64,000 nt of DNA, from contig NC_083237.1 of assembly GCF_032191835.1 (NCBI RefSeq), positions 41,850,001 through 41,914,000 of the forward strand, read 5' to 3'. The position numbers and the translations under genes are program-made. Shown here one piece after another: positions 38,260 through 50,935 of the stretch; position 1 is the stretch's first letter; each line of letters opens with the position of its first letter. A model generated the notes under the pieces. It saw only the letters and a program-made list of their open reading frames with translations. It had not been told where the DNA came from and did no database searches. Source of the DNA: Heteronotia binoei (taxonomy: Eukaryota).

Positions 38260-38416
38260 GGTTGGATCCAGCCAGGTTTTTCACTCATTTTTCATTTTAT
38301 CAATTCATTACCCTCACCATAGGCTCTTTTTTTGTGTGGTGGTGGTGGTGGTCCAAGGGAAACACATTCCCCTTTAAAGGGGAACACAACCCATTTAAAG
38401 CTGGTTGGATCCAACC
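38260..38416. mobile_element. MITE-like element with 16-bp TIRs
   Basis: GGTTGGATCCAGCCAG ... CTGGTTGGATCCAACC (15/16 inverted match). Confidence 0.65.
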
Positions 38417-38850
38417 CATTTTATTTATTTATTTAGTCGATTTGTATTCTGCCCTTTCCCAAGAATGGGCTCAGGGTGGATAACTTCATTTTTAAAAAAC
38501 AATTTAAATTAAACAATTTTAACAATTTAAATTAAACAAATAAAATACCAGGATATCAAGCAATACACAAGTTGTAAATCAAATTGTAGATGGTGGCATA
38601 GTTAAGACATTTGCAGCATGCTAAGGTCTGTGACTATGGTTGATGACTTGCTAGGCAGAGGTAAGCAATGGAAAATCACCTCTATTAACCTATAGATTAT
38701 GCTTTGCTGGATGTCTTTCCCTATAGAAGGAAATCTGAAATTACAGAGAAAAGTAGACCTAATCTGACCACCACTGCATTCAAAAAGAAGATTGCCAAAA
38801 GCTTAATGAAAAATATTATATGATGGCCAAACATCCTGTCTTTAGTAGGG

Positions 38851-39780
38851 TCAAAATTTTCTGTTAAACAGTTTCTTCAGGCAAACCTTCACCTCTCTGC
38901 TTCTCAAGCTATAAACAATGGGGTTAAGCATTGGTATTAAAATGGTGTAGAACAAAGACAGCCATTTGTTGATATCTATTGTCTCTTTTGATCTGGGACT
39001 CAGATAAACAATAGTTGCTGAACCATAGAATAAAGATACCATAATGAGGTGTGAGGAGCAAGTAGCAAACACTCTCTTACGACCTTCTACTGAAGGCATC
39101 TTCAGAATGGCAGCGATTATCTAAACATAAGAAGCAAGGATAAGGAAAAAAGGGAAGATTAGGATAATTGTGGTAGCTGCAAACATATAAACTTCATTTA
39201 CAAAAATGTCAGCACATACCAACTCCAACACTGGAGGAAGATCACAGTAGAAGTTGTTGATTTCATGAGAGCCACAAAAGGGCAAGATGAACAGTAGGTA
39301 CACCTGCACCACATGCACAGGCATGTTGATAGTCAATGACCCAGTAACAAGTCTTAAACAGAGCTCCTTGTTCATGATAACTTTATAATGTAAAGGGTGA
39401 CATATGGCCACATATCGGTCATAAGCCATTGCCGTCAGAAAGAAACACTCAGTGCTTGCTAGGACAAACAAGAAATACATTTGGAGAGCACAGCCAATAA
39501 AGGAAATGTTCTTTTTTTCTGCCAGAAAATTAACCAGCATCTTTGGGAGGGTGACTGAGGTGTAGCAGATCTCAAGAAATGACAGATTCTTCAGAAAGAA
39601 ATACATTGGACTATCAAGAGCAGTATCAGTCACTGTAATGTAAATGACAAGTCCATTTCCTAATATGATTTCCATGTAGATGAAAAGGAACACCACAAAG
39701 AGCAGAACCTGTAGAATGGGGAATTCAGAGTATCCAAGGAGAATGAAGTCGGACAGTGCAGTATGATTCTCTGTCATCAT
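38851..39780 (-). pseudogene. Olfactory receptor pseudogene with one in-frame premature stop (paralog of 4640-5569)
   Basis: MMTENHTALSDF...LASYV-TAG(39123-39121)-IIAAILKMPSVEG...NPIVYSLRS. Reading frame is preserved across the stop. Confidence 0.93.
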
Positions 39781-39967
39781 TGTTGGTTGTAACTGCTCTA
39801 GAATTGTGAGAACAGGGAACAAATATTAATCAATCCCAAACAACTTTGTTATAATTTCCCAAGATCAGAAATTGTGTCCTGCTAGTTTTTCTACTGATTA
39901 GAGAGGGAGATTTGACCACTTTGAAAACTGTTTTACACATGATTTAGCATAAGCAAGCATACTTTCT

Positions 39968-40155
39968 GCCCTGACATGTATGCCTGATTTTGTCAGATCT
40001 CAGAAGCAAAGCAGGATTGACCCTGGCTAATAATTGGATGGGTGACCACCAAGAAATTTCAGGCTCGCTAGGCAGAGATAAGCAATGGCAAATCACCTCT
40101 ATTAATCTCTTGCCTTAAAAACTCTACAGGTTCACCATAAATTGTCTGAAATTGT
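39968..40155 (+). mobile_element. 5S-derived SINE
   Basis: gcctgattttgtcagatctcagaagcaaagcagg...ctggctaataattggatgggtgacc and tail gcaatggcaaatcacctct. Confidence 0.75.
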
Positions 40156-40195
40156 CAGAATTTTACATAGATCCAGGTGCACAGCAGTTGAATAA

Positions 40196-40386
40196 AGTTG
40201 GAGTCCAGAGGCACCTTTAAGACCAACAAAGTTTTGTTCAAAGTAATTTACCATCCACTCTCTATATGTAAGATATGTAAGATTCTATTTCCATTTCATT
40301 ATGTCTGAGGAAGTGTGCTTGGCATGTGAAAGCTCACATTTTGAATAAAACTTTGTTCATCCTAAAGGTGCCACTGGACTCCAACT
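40196..40386. mobile_element. Penelope-like inverted terminal repeat remnant
   Basis: 40196-40243 is an inverted match (about 5 mismatches) to 40340-40386 (tttgaataaaactttgtt...aaaggtgccactggactccaact). Confidence 0.65.
40301..40339 (+). ncRNA. Degenerate minimal type-I hammerhead ribozyme motif
   Basis: ATGT-CTGAGGA-A-GTGTGC ttg GCATGT-GAAA-GC-TC-ACAT: core boxes, helix II (with GU pairs) and helix I ATGT/ACAT. Confidence 0.6.
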
Positions 40387-42491
40387 GTGTTTTAAAACTT
40401 TACATATCTAAACACACAGTGCCTTATCTTGTAAAAAAAATAGCCTATGGTGAGAGTAATGTGCTTTTTTAAAAAGCAGCATCAAAGCACATCCACATCC
40501 TGTCTTCCCTTTCTTTACTCACAAGTAGCTACTATGGTTTAACTTGCCTTGCTTTTGAGTAGCCTTCCCCCCCCCCCTATTACCATAAACTAGATTAGCC
40601 ATAGCTTGAAGGCTTCAGTGTTAAATTCACTTTCCTGGGAGTAAGCCCCATTGAATAACATGGAACTTTTGAGTAGACCTGCTTAGATTGTCCCCTCTTT
40701 TTTAAAAATAGTTTTACATAACACTCTTAAGCACTGTTCTGTGAGTAATCCCCACTACGAGGAAGAACCTGAGTAGATTTGCTTAGGAATGTATAATTTG
40801 TGACATATGGTATATACATGAAAGATATTTACACTAGAATCTTGAGAATTCAACAATGCTGCTATTATTTACAAACATCTCATTGCTTCAGATGTGGTAT
40901 ACTATCTGACTTGCTTCATCTAAAATTAGTTATCATGAAATATCACAGAAACACAGTGAAGATGACCAATTTAAATTCGTACCTTTTTTTTAGACTGTGC
41001 TCAATAATTATAGCTAACCTTCTTATTTGTCACATTTTAATACTTCATTAAAGCTATAACCACCAGACTTTATAGTAGTCTTTTTCATAAGTACTTGCAT
41101 GTATAAATTCATATATAAGACTGGATCTTAAAGTTCTATTTAGTTAGCAGAGATCTCTGCCCTTTTCCTAAAGGAATAAGTGTATTCCATAAGTGAAAAG
41201 TTCCATCAATACCGTACAGAACCTTTAAATCCAACAGATGTATATCATTTAACTTTTCAGTCACAAACCATGATTGCAAATTGAGAAATCAGCCAATGAA
41301 GCAATAAAATGTTAATCTACGAGACTGACAAAATTAAAGAAACATGTTTGCTCATGAGTCAATACAAATCTTTTAAACAGACACAAAAATATTATATTTA
41401 TGAGTAAAAAGTACACAATGTATCTCCCTCATTCCTTTACCACAGAGTTTAACATAGCATATCTGGTGTTCCAGAAGTTTTCCTATGTAAAAAGTGACTA
41501 ATTGCAGATCTGCTCAACTTGAGTAACATTGCTACGTCCCATAGATTTAAGCATACACCAGGACTAGATTTGGGTTTTCAATCTTGATGAGAGAGAGAGA
41601 GAGAGAGAGTTCAGTTAATCGTCTAGCTTGCTAAAATCTATACTCCTATCTCTAGCTTTTAATAACGTTGCGGATGCAGTACATAGAAAAAGATCTGGTT
41701 GACCGTCACCATACCTGTGATTTCTCAGCAACCCACTAGATATTCTTGATGTATTATTTGTGAATTGGTATACTTCAGAAAAATCAGCAATTCAGAATTT
41801 CTTTTTCTTTTCTTTTTTTAATCCCTATTTTTTGGGTCTCCAATTATATGTTTGTATAAACTGGACAGTCATGCTTTTCCCAGAGCTTGTTTCTTCCATG
41901 TTCTTGTTACATATATATAGAAATGACTGTATATCATTCAAATACAGGTTAGTATGATCAAATACTTAGGATAAATTGCATTGATTTTTTTTTTTATATT
42001 ATTGTTTCAGATATAAAAATAAATGGTACTGTACTGGAAAAACATCCTGGTCATCCTGATTATATATAAGAAAGCAATTATATCAAATCACGCACTTGCT
42101 ATGACAGTTTAATTTATACCCACAGGAATTTTTTTCTAGGACAAATAAATGGTGACTAAACTCACAAGGGACAAATAACTTGCCCATGATTTAGTTTGGG
42201 AAATCATAGCATAGCTATCATTTGTCTCTTATGGTACATTTACTCACTTCAGAATGAAGCACGAATAAATGTTTGGTGCCTCCACACAATCACCTGAATA
42301 TCTACAAGTGTACGAGGAAGCAATCAGTTTAATGGAAGCACAGGGAACACACAATTCCTTTAAACAATTTCCCCACTTAATTCATGTGTTTCCACAGAGT
42401 ATTAAACTACATAATGCACACAAATAGATCTAAATGAAACCCAACATCCCCTTTTAACTCTAAAAACTGCTAAAGATGTGTGATTGAAAAA

Positions 42492-42552
42492 GCAATCCTA
42501 CAATTAAATTCTCAGAAGTCTATTAATTCAATTGGTTTTTGCTTAGGATTGC
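42492..42552. repeat. Short palindromic MITE-like repeat
   Basis: GCAATCCTA...TAGGATTGC. Related copies at 51856-51930 and about 63660-63740. Confidence 0.5.
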
Positions 42553-42659
42553 ATGGTTAAAGTAGGAATTTATGGAATTTCATGACTATTCTGGTTCAAC
42601 CAAAAGTATATTTGACAAACAGCCATTCATAAGTCATTTACTTCTCATGCAGATATGTA

Positions 42660-42975
42660 GTAGGGGTGGGCAACAACAAAAATCAGTAAAATTCAAATTC
42701 AGGTTATTTTGGGGCCTGAATCTGTTTCAAGAGATATTCAGCTATTCCTGAAGATACTGCTCCATTATACCCTATGTGCCATTGAAGCCAAAACATTGGG
42801 TGCAATGTCTGTGGGCTTGAGGAAGAGGCACCAAATTTGCAATGAAGCTTTAGGAACCTCTCCCCTGGAGAACTCCCAAGTTTCAAAAATATTTGACCAG
42901 GGGTCCAATTCTAGGGACACCCAAAGAGGGTGCCCCCATCCCACTATTGTTTCCTATAATGGGGGGGGGGAGTAA
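42660..42975 (+). mobile_element. Fragment related to the internal part of the hAT element at 52500-53323
   Basis: Shared cccaagtttcaaaa...gaccag.gggtccaattcta...ggtgcccc.atcc block. Confidence 0.55.
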
Positions 42976-45569
42976 TCTGGCAATTTTCCCACTTAAAAAA
43001 ACCATACTTCAGAAATCACACAACACTGTGCAACAAAAACAAACCTCAACAGTACTAGGAAGGAAAGCAAGCAGACCCACAACACAACCCATACTCCAGC
43101 AGCTGCCCCTCTTATTTGGTGGAATTCAGGGCTTAAATAATATCATGAGTGCTATGCATTAGCAAGACTAATGTCAGATTGAGTAGGACAAATATGTGTT
43201 GCTATATTCAAGCAGAGGATGGTGGGATCAAATCTGCCAGTTTGCCATTACAAGATTTTATTATTTTCCTGAGGGTGGGAACAGATGTTTAGGTTGAGGA
43301 AACTAAATCATATTTTCAGCAATGTGTGCACACTTGCAATAAACTGTCTCATAGAAAATGACTAGATATTTGGAATGGTAGAAAATAGAAAAAAAAAAGT
43401 AGAATGTTCCATTGTCCAGTAAGGAAATACTCCTTCCAGTGAACTTAAATACCAGGAGGTGTAAAAGTCCTTCAAAAGATCTCTGGTGGGGCAACAATGA
43501 ACATGGCAGCATGAACTGGTTGATGATAGAAAGTGGCACTTTCCTAAATGGTCACCTTTCTATCCAGGTGGCATCATAATATGTTTGGACCCCATTCTTT
43601 CTGAAGAGATCATAGCAAAGGAGGTCTGCAAAAGCATGCAGCAAAAGGGGGAGGGGTTAAGAGGTAGAAAATATACAAATGATATAGTGTGGATGCTCTA
43701 AAAACTATTCTCCAATTCAGGTGCTAAAGTAGAGAATCACATCTTTGTGGATTCATCCTGGGCTCCCCACTGCATCACTTTTAACAGTGTCACTGGAATA
43801 TCCCTGTTTACTTCAGTTCACGGTGTTGGAACTTCACTTTAAAGGACCCCATGATTTCAGACCTTCATATGTTCAGGATTTACTCTTCCTGTATGAACCC
43901 ATGTATTAGCTTTTCTCCATTCTCTTGCTTCTGACGCAGATGAAAGGAGCAAGTAGCATAACACACACTGAAGTCATGATTGCTGGCTTGTGAGTCTCCA
44001 CATGAGGGAAGCAAGCATATGATATCTTCCCATGATCCAGAACACTGCTTTTCAAATGTTCCGAATTATGGGAAGGGAATTTATGAGTGTAGATGTTGGG
44101 TTTATGAGGTAGTGATAACATCTAGACAGGGAACAGGGTCAGCATGCTCATACCTACTCTCCCTCTGTACAGGCTGATGTATGATGTCATGTGTAGAAAG
44201 CTTCTTAGTAGCTATTTTTGTGTTTACAGGTCCAGTGTTAATTGTCTCTTAACTGTTAATTAAACACACAAGTCATCATTATGAGGAAAATGAACAAACT
44301 GTGTGTAGGTGCCACAAAGTCACTTCCAACGTTCGCCAACTCTGAATTAATTACCCCCAAAATGTCTTATCATTAACAGCCTTGCTCAGGTCTTGCAAAC
44401 TGAAGGCTGTGGCTTCCTTTATTGAATCAATCTATCTCATATTGAGTCTTTCTCTTTTCCTGCTACCATCAGTGATTCCTAGCATTACTCTCCTTGCCAG
44501 TGAATCTTATCTTCTTTTGATGTGACTGAAGTTTGATGGCCTCTCTTTAGGCACTGCAGATTCTAGGGAGGCTTAATTTGATTTAGAACCCACATTTGTC
44601 TTTTTGGCAGTCCATAGTATCTGTAAAACTCTCCTCCAACACTACATTTCAAATGAATCAATTTCCTATCTGTCACCTTTCTTCATTAAAAACAATGCTA
44701 TCCATACTTCATTGAACTAATGTGCAGCAATTAAGTTGTTTACTTAGAAAAATCCTAGGAGAATTGTACTCACTAACTTAGGGTCTTTCTGGCATAGCTG
44801 TAGCATATATCAACTGAGTTTTTTGTCATGGGAGGGAGAAAAATAAAGCTCATTTCAGTAGTATTGATCTAACACAGTTACTGGTTGCTCTGAACAGCTT
44901 GAGATCAAATTAAATGGTGGCTTCATCCTCAAAACTCATATCAATTGTTTAAAATGTGTGGGGTTTCTAACTGCAATCTACATAAATAGTAAAATATTAT
45001 TCATCCCCCTGCCTTGTGAAATGTGACTCTGCAGGATAGAGAGCTAATATTCCTTCCTGAAACCCCCATATATCTCTGATTGTGACTGAGATGGACTTTT
45101 TTCAGGTTGTATTTTTTTTTTAGGGGGGGGGGAGGTAATAATTATGACTGAAGAGAGGAGGCTAAAAGCATGTGAAATCTAGTGTCGATAGGAAAGACAG
45201 AGAGATATTAGAAAAAAGATGAATAAAGAACAATTGGAAGAGACTGGTGAGGGGACTGAAGAAGAAAAGATTGTGTGATAAGTCATTCTGAGAATTGATG
45301 GACTAGTAAAAATGTATTTATGAAAGACTCATGAAAAGCAAAAGTAAGTCTAGTTAAACTGATCTTTAGCAAAGACAGGAACAACAAAAGTGGAAATGTA
45401 AGCTGACCTAAACAGGCTTGTACAAAACAGAGAAAATGGGAGAGTTCCCAGTGACCAATCACTGAAAACATGAGGGCAGAGAAAGCAGCCAAGGTGCTCA
45501 TTTAGTTAAGCATGAATTTTATAAAATGCTTTCTAGTTGCACTGTAGAAAGTAATGTCTTTTCAATATG

Positions 45570-45768
45570 TGGAGAGGCCATGGCTCTGTGGTAGAGTACC
45601 TGTTGTGCAAGCAGAAGGTTTTAGGTTCAGTCCTTGATGCCTCCAGTTAAAAGGAACAGGTAAGAGATGGTGTGAAAGACTGGAACCCTGGGGTGGCACT
45701 GCCAGCTAGTTGACAACATTGATTTTGATGGACAAAGGGTCTGATCTGGTAAGGCAGCTTCATGTGCT
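45570..45768 (+). mobile_element. Squam2-like tRNA SINE
   Basis: ggccatggctctgtggtagagtacctg...gcagaagg...ttcagtcc and tail gatggacaaagggtctgatc...aaggcagcttcatgtg. Confidence 0.7.
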
Positions 45769-46025
45769 AATGGATTCAATGTACTTTGCATGCTCTGATA
45801 TGTTTGCAAAACTGCAAGAAATAAAAGGAGTCGTACATAGGCAGTTGAACAGAACTACAGTCTAACATCATAGTAAACTGTCATCCATATAATTGATCCC
45901 TGAATACCGAATCTGTGTACTATAGTAATGGAAAAATGCCTGCTTGACAAATTATCTGTGAAATGGCTGTGTCTGTTTTTATTTTGTTTGTTCTCCTCAG
46001 ATGAGATGTCCTGACGGTATGAAAT

Positions 46026-46952
46026 ATGAATAAGACTTCCATCACCCATTTCAATTTTCTTGGATTTCCCAGCTATTTGGAAGTGCAGATTCTCATGTTT
46101 ATTCTGCTTTCTGCTGTCTATGCAGTCACTGTAACTGGTAATTGTCTCATCATCCTTATTACATGGGCTGACATGACCCTTCATACACCTATGTACTTCT
46201 TTCTGAGAATCTTGTCATTTCTGGAGATCTGCTACATCTCTGTCACCCTCCCCAAGATGCTACACGACTTGGTCTCAGAGGACAAGTCCATCTCATTCAG
46301 TGGGTGTGCTGCCCAGATGTATTTTATCTTGTTCTTGGGGACAGTTGAGTGTTTTCTTTTGGCCTCCATGTCTTATGATCGCTGTGTTGCAATATGCCTC
46401 CCTTTGCATTATACAGTGCTAATGTCCAAAGGAGTTTGTATCTATCTGACTTTGGCTTCATGGATGGGTGGCATTCTTATCCCACTGGTGAACACAACCT
46501 GGGCATTTAGTTTGCCCTACTGTGGCTCTAACAAGATCAACCATTTCTTCTGTGACTTCCCACCAGTTCTGAAGCTAGCCTGTGCTGACACATCTCTGAA
46601 TGAGACAGTGATGCTAGTGAGCAGTTTAGTCATCACTCTGATACCTTTCATCTTCATACTGGCATCCTATACCTGCATCCTGAGCACTATATTAAGGATT
46701 CCTTCATCTGAAAGTAGACATAAAGTGTTCTCCACATGTTCTTCACATCTCATCATGGTGACCCTTTTCTACGGCTCGGCCAGCTTTATGTACTTACATC
46801 CCAAATCCAGTTATTCTTTGGAACGAGACAAATTCCTCTCTCTTTTTTACACAGTGGTAACACCAATGCTAAATCCTATCATCTATAGCTTGAGAAACAG
46901 TGAAGTAAAAAAGTCCCTAGCAAGAATGTTTAAAAGGAAAATATTGTCCTAG
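46026..46952 (+). CDS. Olfactory receptor, family-10-like, intact 308 aa
   Basis: NKT sequon, LHTPMYFFL, FSGC, MSYDRCVAIC, NHFFCDFPPVLKLAC, KVFSTCSSHL, PMLNPIIYSLRN. Confidence 0.95.
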   Translation: MNKTSITHFNFLGFPSYLEVQILMFILLSAVYAVTVTGNCLIILITWADMTLHTPMYFFLRILSFLEICYISVTLPKMLHDLVSEDKSISFSGCAAQMYFILFLGTVECFLLASMSYDRCVAICLPLHYTVLMSKGVCIYLTLASWMGGILIPLVNTTWAFSLPYCGSNKINHFFCDFPPVLKLACADTSLNETVMLVSSLVITLIPFIFILASYTCILSTILRIPSSESRHKVFSTCSSHLIMVTLFYGSASFMYLHPKSSYSLERDKFLSLFYTVVTPMLNPIIYSLRNSEVKKSLARMFKRKILS

Positions 46953-47315
46953 GAAATTGTTCTAATATAGGGATCAAATGTGTCAGACAGCAGAATACTG
47001 GTAATTGTATTATATGTAATAGAAATATGTCTGTCAGTCAAATGTACCTTCCTAACTATACTATCTATATCCTAAGCATGGTCAATAAGAACTCATTAGA
47101 TTTATTGAGAACTAATCCACATTTATGAAGTTCTCCAGATGTGGATATGTGCAAGGTTTTCATGTCATGTAATATTATTTTGAGCATACACGTAATCCCT
47201 ATCTTCACAAGGTTCATTCAAAAGGATAAATATAACAATGAAGTAAGCAAAAATAATTCCCATGGATATAGTGGCTTATGCTGTGATTACAAGAATTTTC
47301 ACTGACTGGATAAAT

Positions 47316-47501
47316 GTGCCAACTTATGTTGACCCCATAGGGTTCTCATGACAAGAGATGAATAGAGGTGGTTTGCCATTGCCTGCCACTGCCTTTAAAC
47401 TTCTATAATGGTCACCTAACCAAGTACTAATTAGGGCCAACCTTACCTAGCTTTCAAGACCTGATAGGATCAGGCTACCCTGGGTCATCCATGTCAGGGG
47501 G
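47316..47501 (-). mobile_element. 5S-derived SINE with 12-bp TSD
   Basis: GACTGGATAAAT at 47304-47315 and 47502-47513. Empty paralogous site at about 49655-49680. Confidence 0.85.
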
Positions 47502-47750
47502 GACTGGATAAATACAAGCTCTAAATTTACTTAAATTAATATGGAATTATTATTTTATTTTAAATTACAGTTTTACTTGGAAGGGATAATTTTGTTTTCC
47601 ATCTTTGAACTTTGGTTTTTATATAATGCCTTAAAAAGCACAGGAAAGGACTTTGATATGGAAAAAAAAACCTTAAACTTGTCCCTGGCAAATTAACCTT
47701 AAATGGTTGGATAAAGGGGGCATTTTCAAGTGATCAAATTGCATAGGGTG

Positions 47751-48030
47751 AAGAAGAGAGAAGAAGAAGAGCTTGGATTTATACCCTGCCCTTCACTTAG
47801 AGTCTCAGAGTCGCTTACAATCTCCTTTCCCTTCCCCTCTCCACAACAGACAACCTCTAAGGTAGGTGGGGCTGAGAGTTCTTTCCAAGAACTGTTCTTG
47901 AGAGGAACAGCTTTGAGAGAGTTATCATTGATCAAGGTCATATCAGCAGATGCAGGTGGAGTGGAGAATCAAACCAAGTTGTCCCAGATTAGAGTCTGCA
48001 TGCTTAACCATTATACCAGATTGGCTCTCA
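47751..48030 (-). mobile_element. Squam3-like SINE
   Basis: Reverse-complement head gagagccaatctggtataatggttaagc and (CTT)n tail. Confidence 0.85.
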
Positions 48031-48150
48031 AGAATTGGGCCCTGGTTATCTTGTCTCTTTTGAGAGCTGTCCAAGTCTGCTGATGAGCCTAGTGGAATTC
48101 AGGGATTGGGCATAATAGATATCATTAAGGGTTTCCTATCTTTCTCATTA

Positions 48151-48866
48151 GGAGCCCCATGATGCAGAGTGGTAAGCTGTAGTACTGCAATCCAAGTCTG
48201 CAGTTCAGGGACGAAAAATCTATTGTCATCCCTGGACCAAAAGAAGCCAGGTTGCGTACGACACGAGCCAGGGCCTTCTCAGTGGCAGCGCCAGAACTCT
48301 GGAACACTCTCCCAAAGGCCATAAGGGCCCTGCGGGATTTGTCTACATTCTGCAGGGCCTGTAAGACCGAATTGTTCTGACAGGCCTTCGACATTTAACC
48401 AAGAGAGAGCTGCCACTGGACATTATATAGAGCTCCATGCAGAGTACCGATGGTCACCATCGAATTTTCAGAACCACTATACTGTACTGTATTAATACAG
48501 CACCATTAAATGTTTTAAATAATTTAAATATGTAATTATGTTTTATTGGTTTTTAATGGAATTAATGTGATGTTGTGAGCCGCCCTGAGTCTGCTTGCGG
48601 AGAGGGCGGGATATAAGCTTAACATAATAAAATAAATAAATAAATAAATGCTCATGATCTGAGTTTGATCCCAATGGAAGCTGGGTTCAGGTAGTCTGCT
48701 CAATGTTGACTCAGCCTTCCATCCTTCTAAGGTTGGTAAAATGAGTACCCAGCTTGCTGAGGGTAAAGTGTAGATGGCTAGGGAAAGCAATGGCAAATCA
48801 CCCCATAACAAAAAGTCTGCCAAGAAAATGTCATGGGTTCTTACACAGAGAACTACCTTTACCTTT
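48151..48866 (+). mobile_element. Sauria SINE interrupted by an L2 3' fragment (about 48200-48649)
   Basis: ggagccccatgatgcagagtggtaagctg, then L2 RAFSVAAPELWN plus tail, then gctcatgatctgagtttgatccc...gttgactcagccttcc. Confidence 0.85.
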
Positions 48867-48947
48867 TTATCTTTCTCATATGATTTGAGTATCATTGTGA
48901 TTTTTTACTATGTATTCTGGTTTTTGCCATACACTGGTTTAAACTAC

Positions 48948-48968
48948 TAAAGGAAAATATTGTTCTAG
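48948..48968 (+). pseudogene. Vestige of the last codons of an OR paralogous to 46026-46952
   Basis: taaaggaaaatattgttctag resembles the OR4 end taaaaggaaaatattgtcctag, and the downstream flank to about 49830 is homologous to 46953-47680. Confidence 0.55.
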
Positions 48969-49414
48969 AATATTGTTTTATTACAGGAATCAAATGTGTT
49001 AGACATTTGATTCCTGTAATACACAACACTGCTAAATCTATTATATGTAATGGAAATATGTCTCTCCACTAAAATCAATGGATGTACATTCCTAATTATC
49101 AGGGATCATTTTGTAGAAAAAATAGGTGGTGGAGCTCATCCATGGATTGTTATGCAGCTGCACATCCTATTCAATGGACAAGGTGGGGAGGAGGAGGGGG
49201 AACCATCAGAAAGATTCAGGAGCTGTGCTCCTGTGAGCTCCTAGTGAATCCGAGGCCTGCTAGCTATAGTATGCATACTAAGTATGGTAAATAAGAATGT
49301 ATTAGAAAGCAAAATTCCAAGTGCACCAGGTCTGGATATATTTTCATGGCTGTTCATGTCACATATTCTAAACCACATGCAACCCCAATTTCACCATGTA
49401 ACCAAAAGACTGAG

Positions 49415-49633
49415 TAGGGTTACCATCCTCCAGGTGGGGCATGGAGATCTCCCACTTTTACAATTGATCTCCAGCTGGTAGAGATCAACTCCCCCGGAGA
49501 AAAAAGCTATTTTGAAGGGTGGACTCTATGGAACTGTACCCTGCTGAGGACCCTCCCCTCTCCAAGCCACACCCTCTCCCAGATCCACCCCCAAAGTCTA
49601 TTGGTATTTTCCAACACAGACCTGGCAAACCTA
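49415..49633 (+). mobile_element. hAT-type MITE
   Basis: TIRs TAGGGTTACC...GGCAAACCTA, degenerate 8-bp TSD agactgag/atactgaa. Confidence 0.8.
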
Positions 49634-50935
49634 ATACTGAATCACAAAATTTTTTCACTGACTAGATCAATACAAGCTCTAAAATTCCTTAAATTATGAT
49701 GGAAATTCTATTTTAATTTAATTTTCAGTGCTCATCTATTTTACTTGAAAGAGATTATTTTTCTTTTCAATTTTCAACCTTAATTTTTGTATGATGCCTT
49801 ATAAAGTATAGGAAGGGACCTTGACACTGAAATATATACACACAGACACACACACATTTCAGTGGGATAATAGTAAACAGTTGAAAGAATAGGAAATAAA
49901 TACCTAACTTTTTTTTTCAAAATTACAGATGGGGGGGGGGGGATGTTTACTCCAAATGGCTTAAAGAGTATGCCCAGATCTGATTCAATCTTGTTAAAAC
50001 ATCCCCCACACAAGATGATGCTTTCATATATAACTAAAATACTTTTATCTACAAAAGACTTTCTTGTTGGAATTTTCATTTCCAAAGTTTAACAAATATT
50101 AATTGGGCAGCTGTAAATAGCATATTAAGAGAACACTCAAAATTCATTAGGAATAAACAACCCAGTGGAAGTGGGGTACCCCTCCTCCAGGCTCAATCCC
50201 CAGCCACTGATGAGCATGTTGGGGGAAGGGGAGATTACCAGAAGAAAAACAAGGTTTAGATCTCATGGCTAGTGTTACACAGGAAATGACATCATCACAC
50301 CAGTGATGTTTGGACAGCACTCTGGTATTTGGACAAAAACTCTATGGTAGAAGCTGGTTGGAGATACAGAAATACAAGAATTGACCCATTACTGTTTTCA
50401 GATGTGAAATTATATTGATTTTTGAATCTTTCCTCAAATTGCAGTACCTACCCAATCCTGATCTTTCCCATAGTAGACTGTCTGCATTTCTCCACCTTGC
50501 TCTAGATGCCAATTCCCTTACTACTGAGAGCAAATGAGAGAACTGTGGAGATAGCTTACTGCTAAACTTATTCCAAATTCTATGCTAATAGAACAATTGT
50601 TGTTAGATGGTATAAACCAGCTTCCTTTTCTGCAATGTTGCTAAAATCACTTTTCCCATCCATTGTATGGGTTCACATGTGGATGACCATCACTTGCGGA
50701 ATGCAAAAGGAAGCTCATAACTCTGACTTCAAGAATGAGTTACACAGCACAATATGGATCCTTTTCTTCCCAATCTGTGTCAAAATGTAGCACCAACGGC
50801 TTGTATTCTTCTTCTGTCCTGAGATATTTAATGTCTCACAAGTATTAACCATTCTAATAGTGATGGCATCTTAGACATTCCCATGCAATTAGGATGCATA
50901 CAGTTAAAGGGGCAACTAATTACCTAATTATATAT

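Noticed and set aside
46383-46385. DRC instead of DRY in OR4 as inactivating
   Set aside because: DRC is a tolerated variant in ORs and all other motifs are intact
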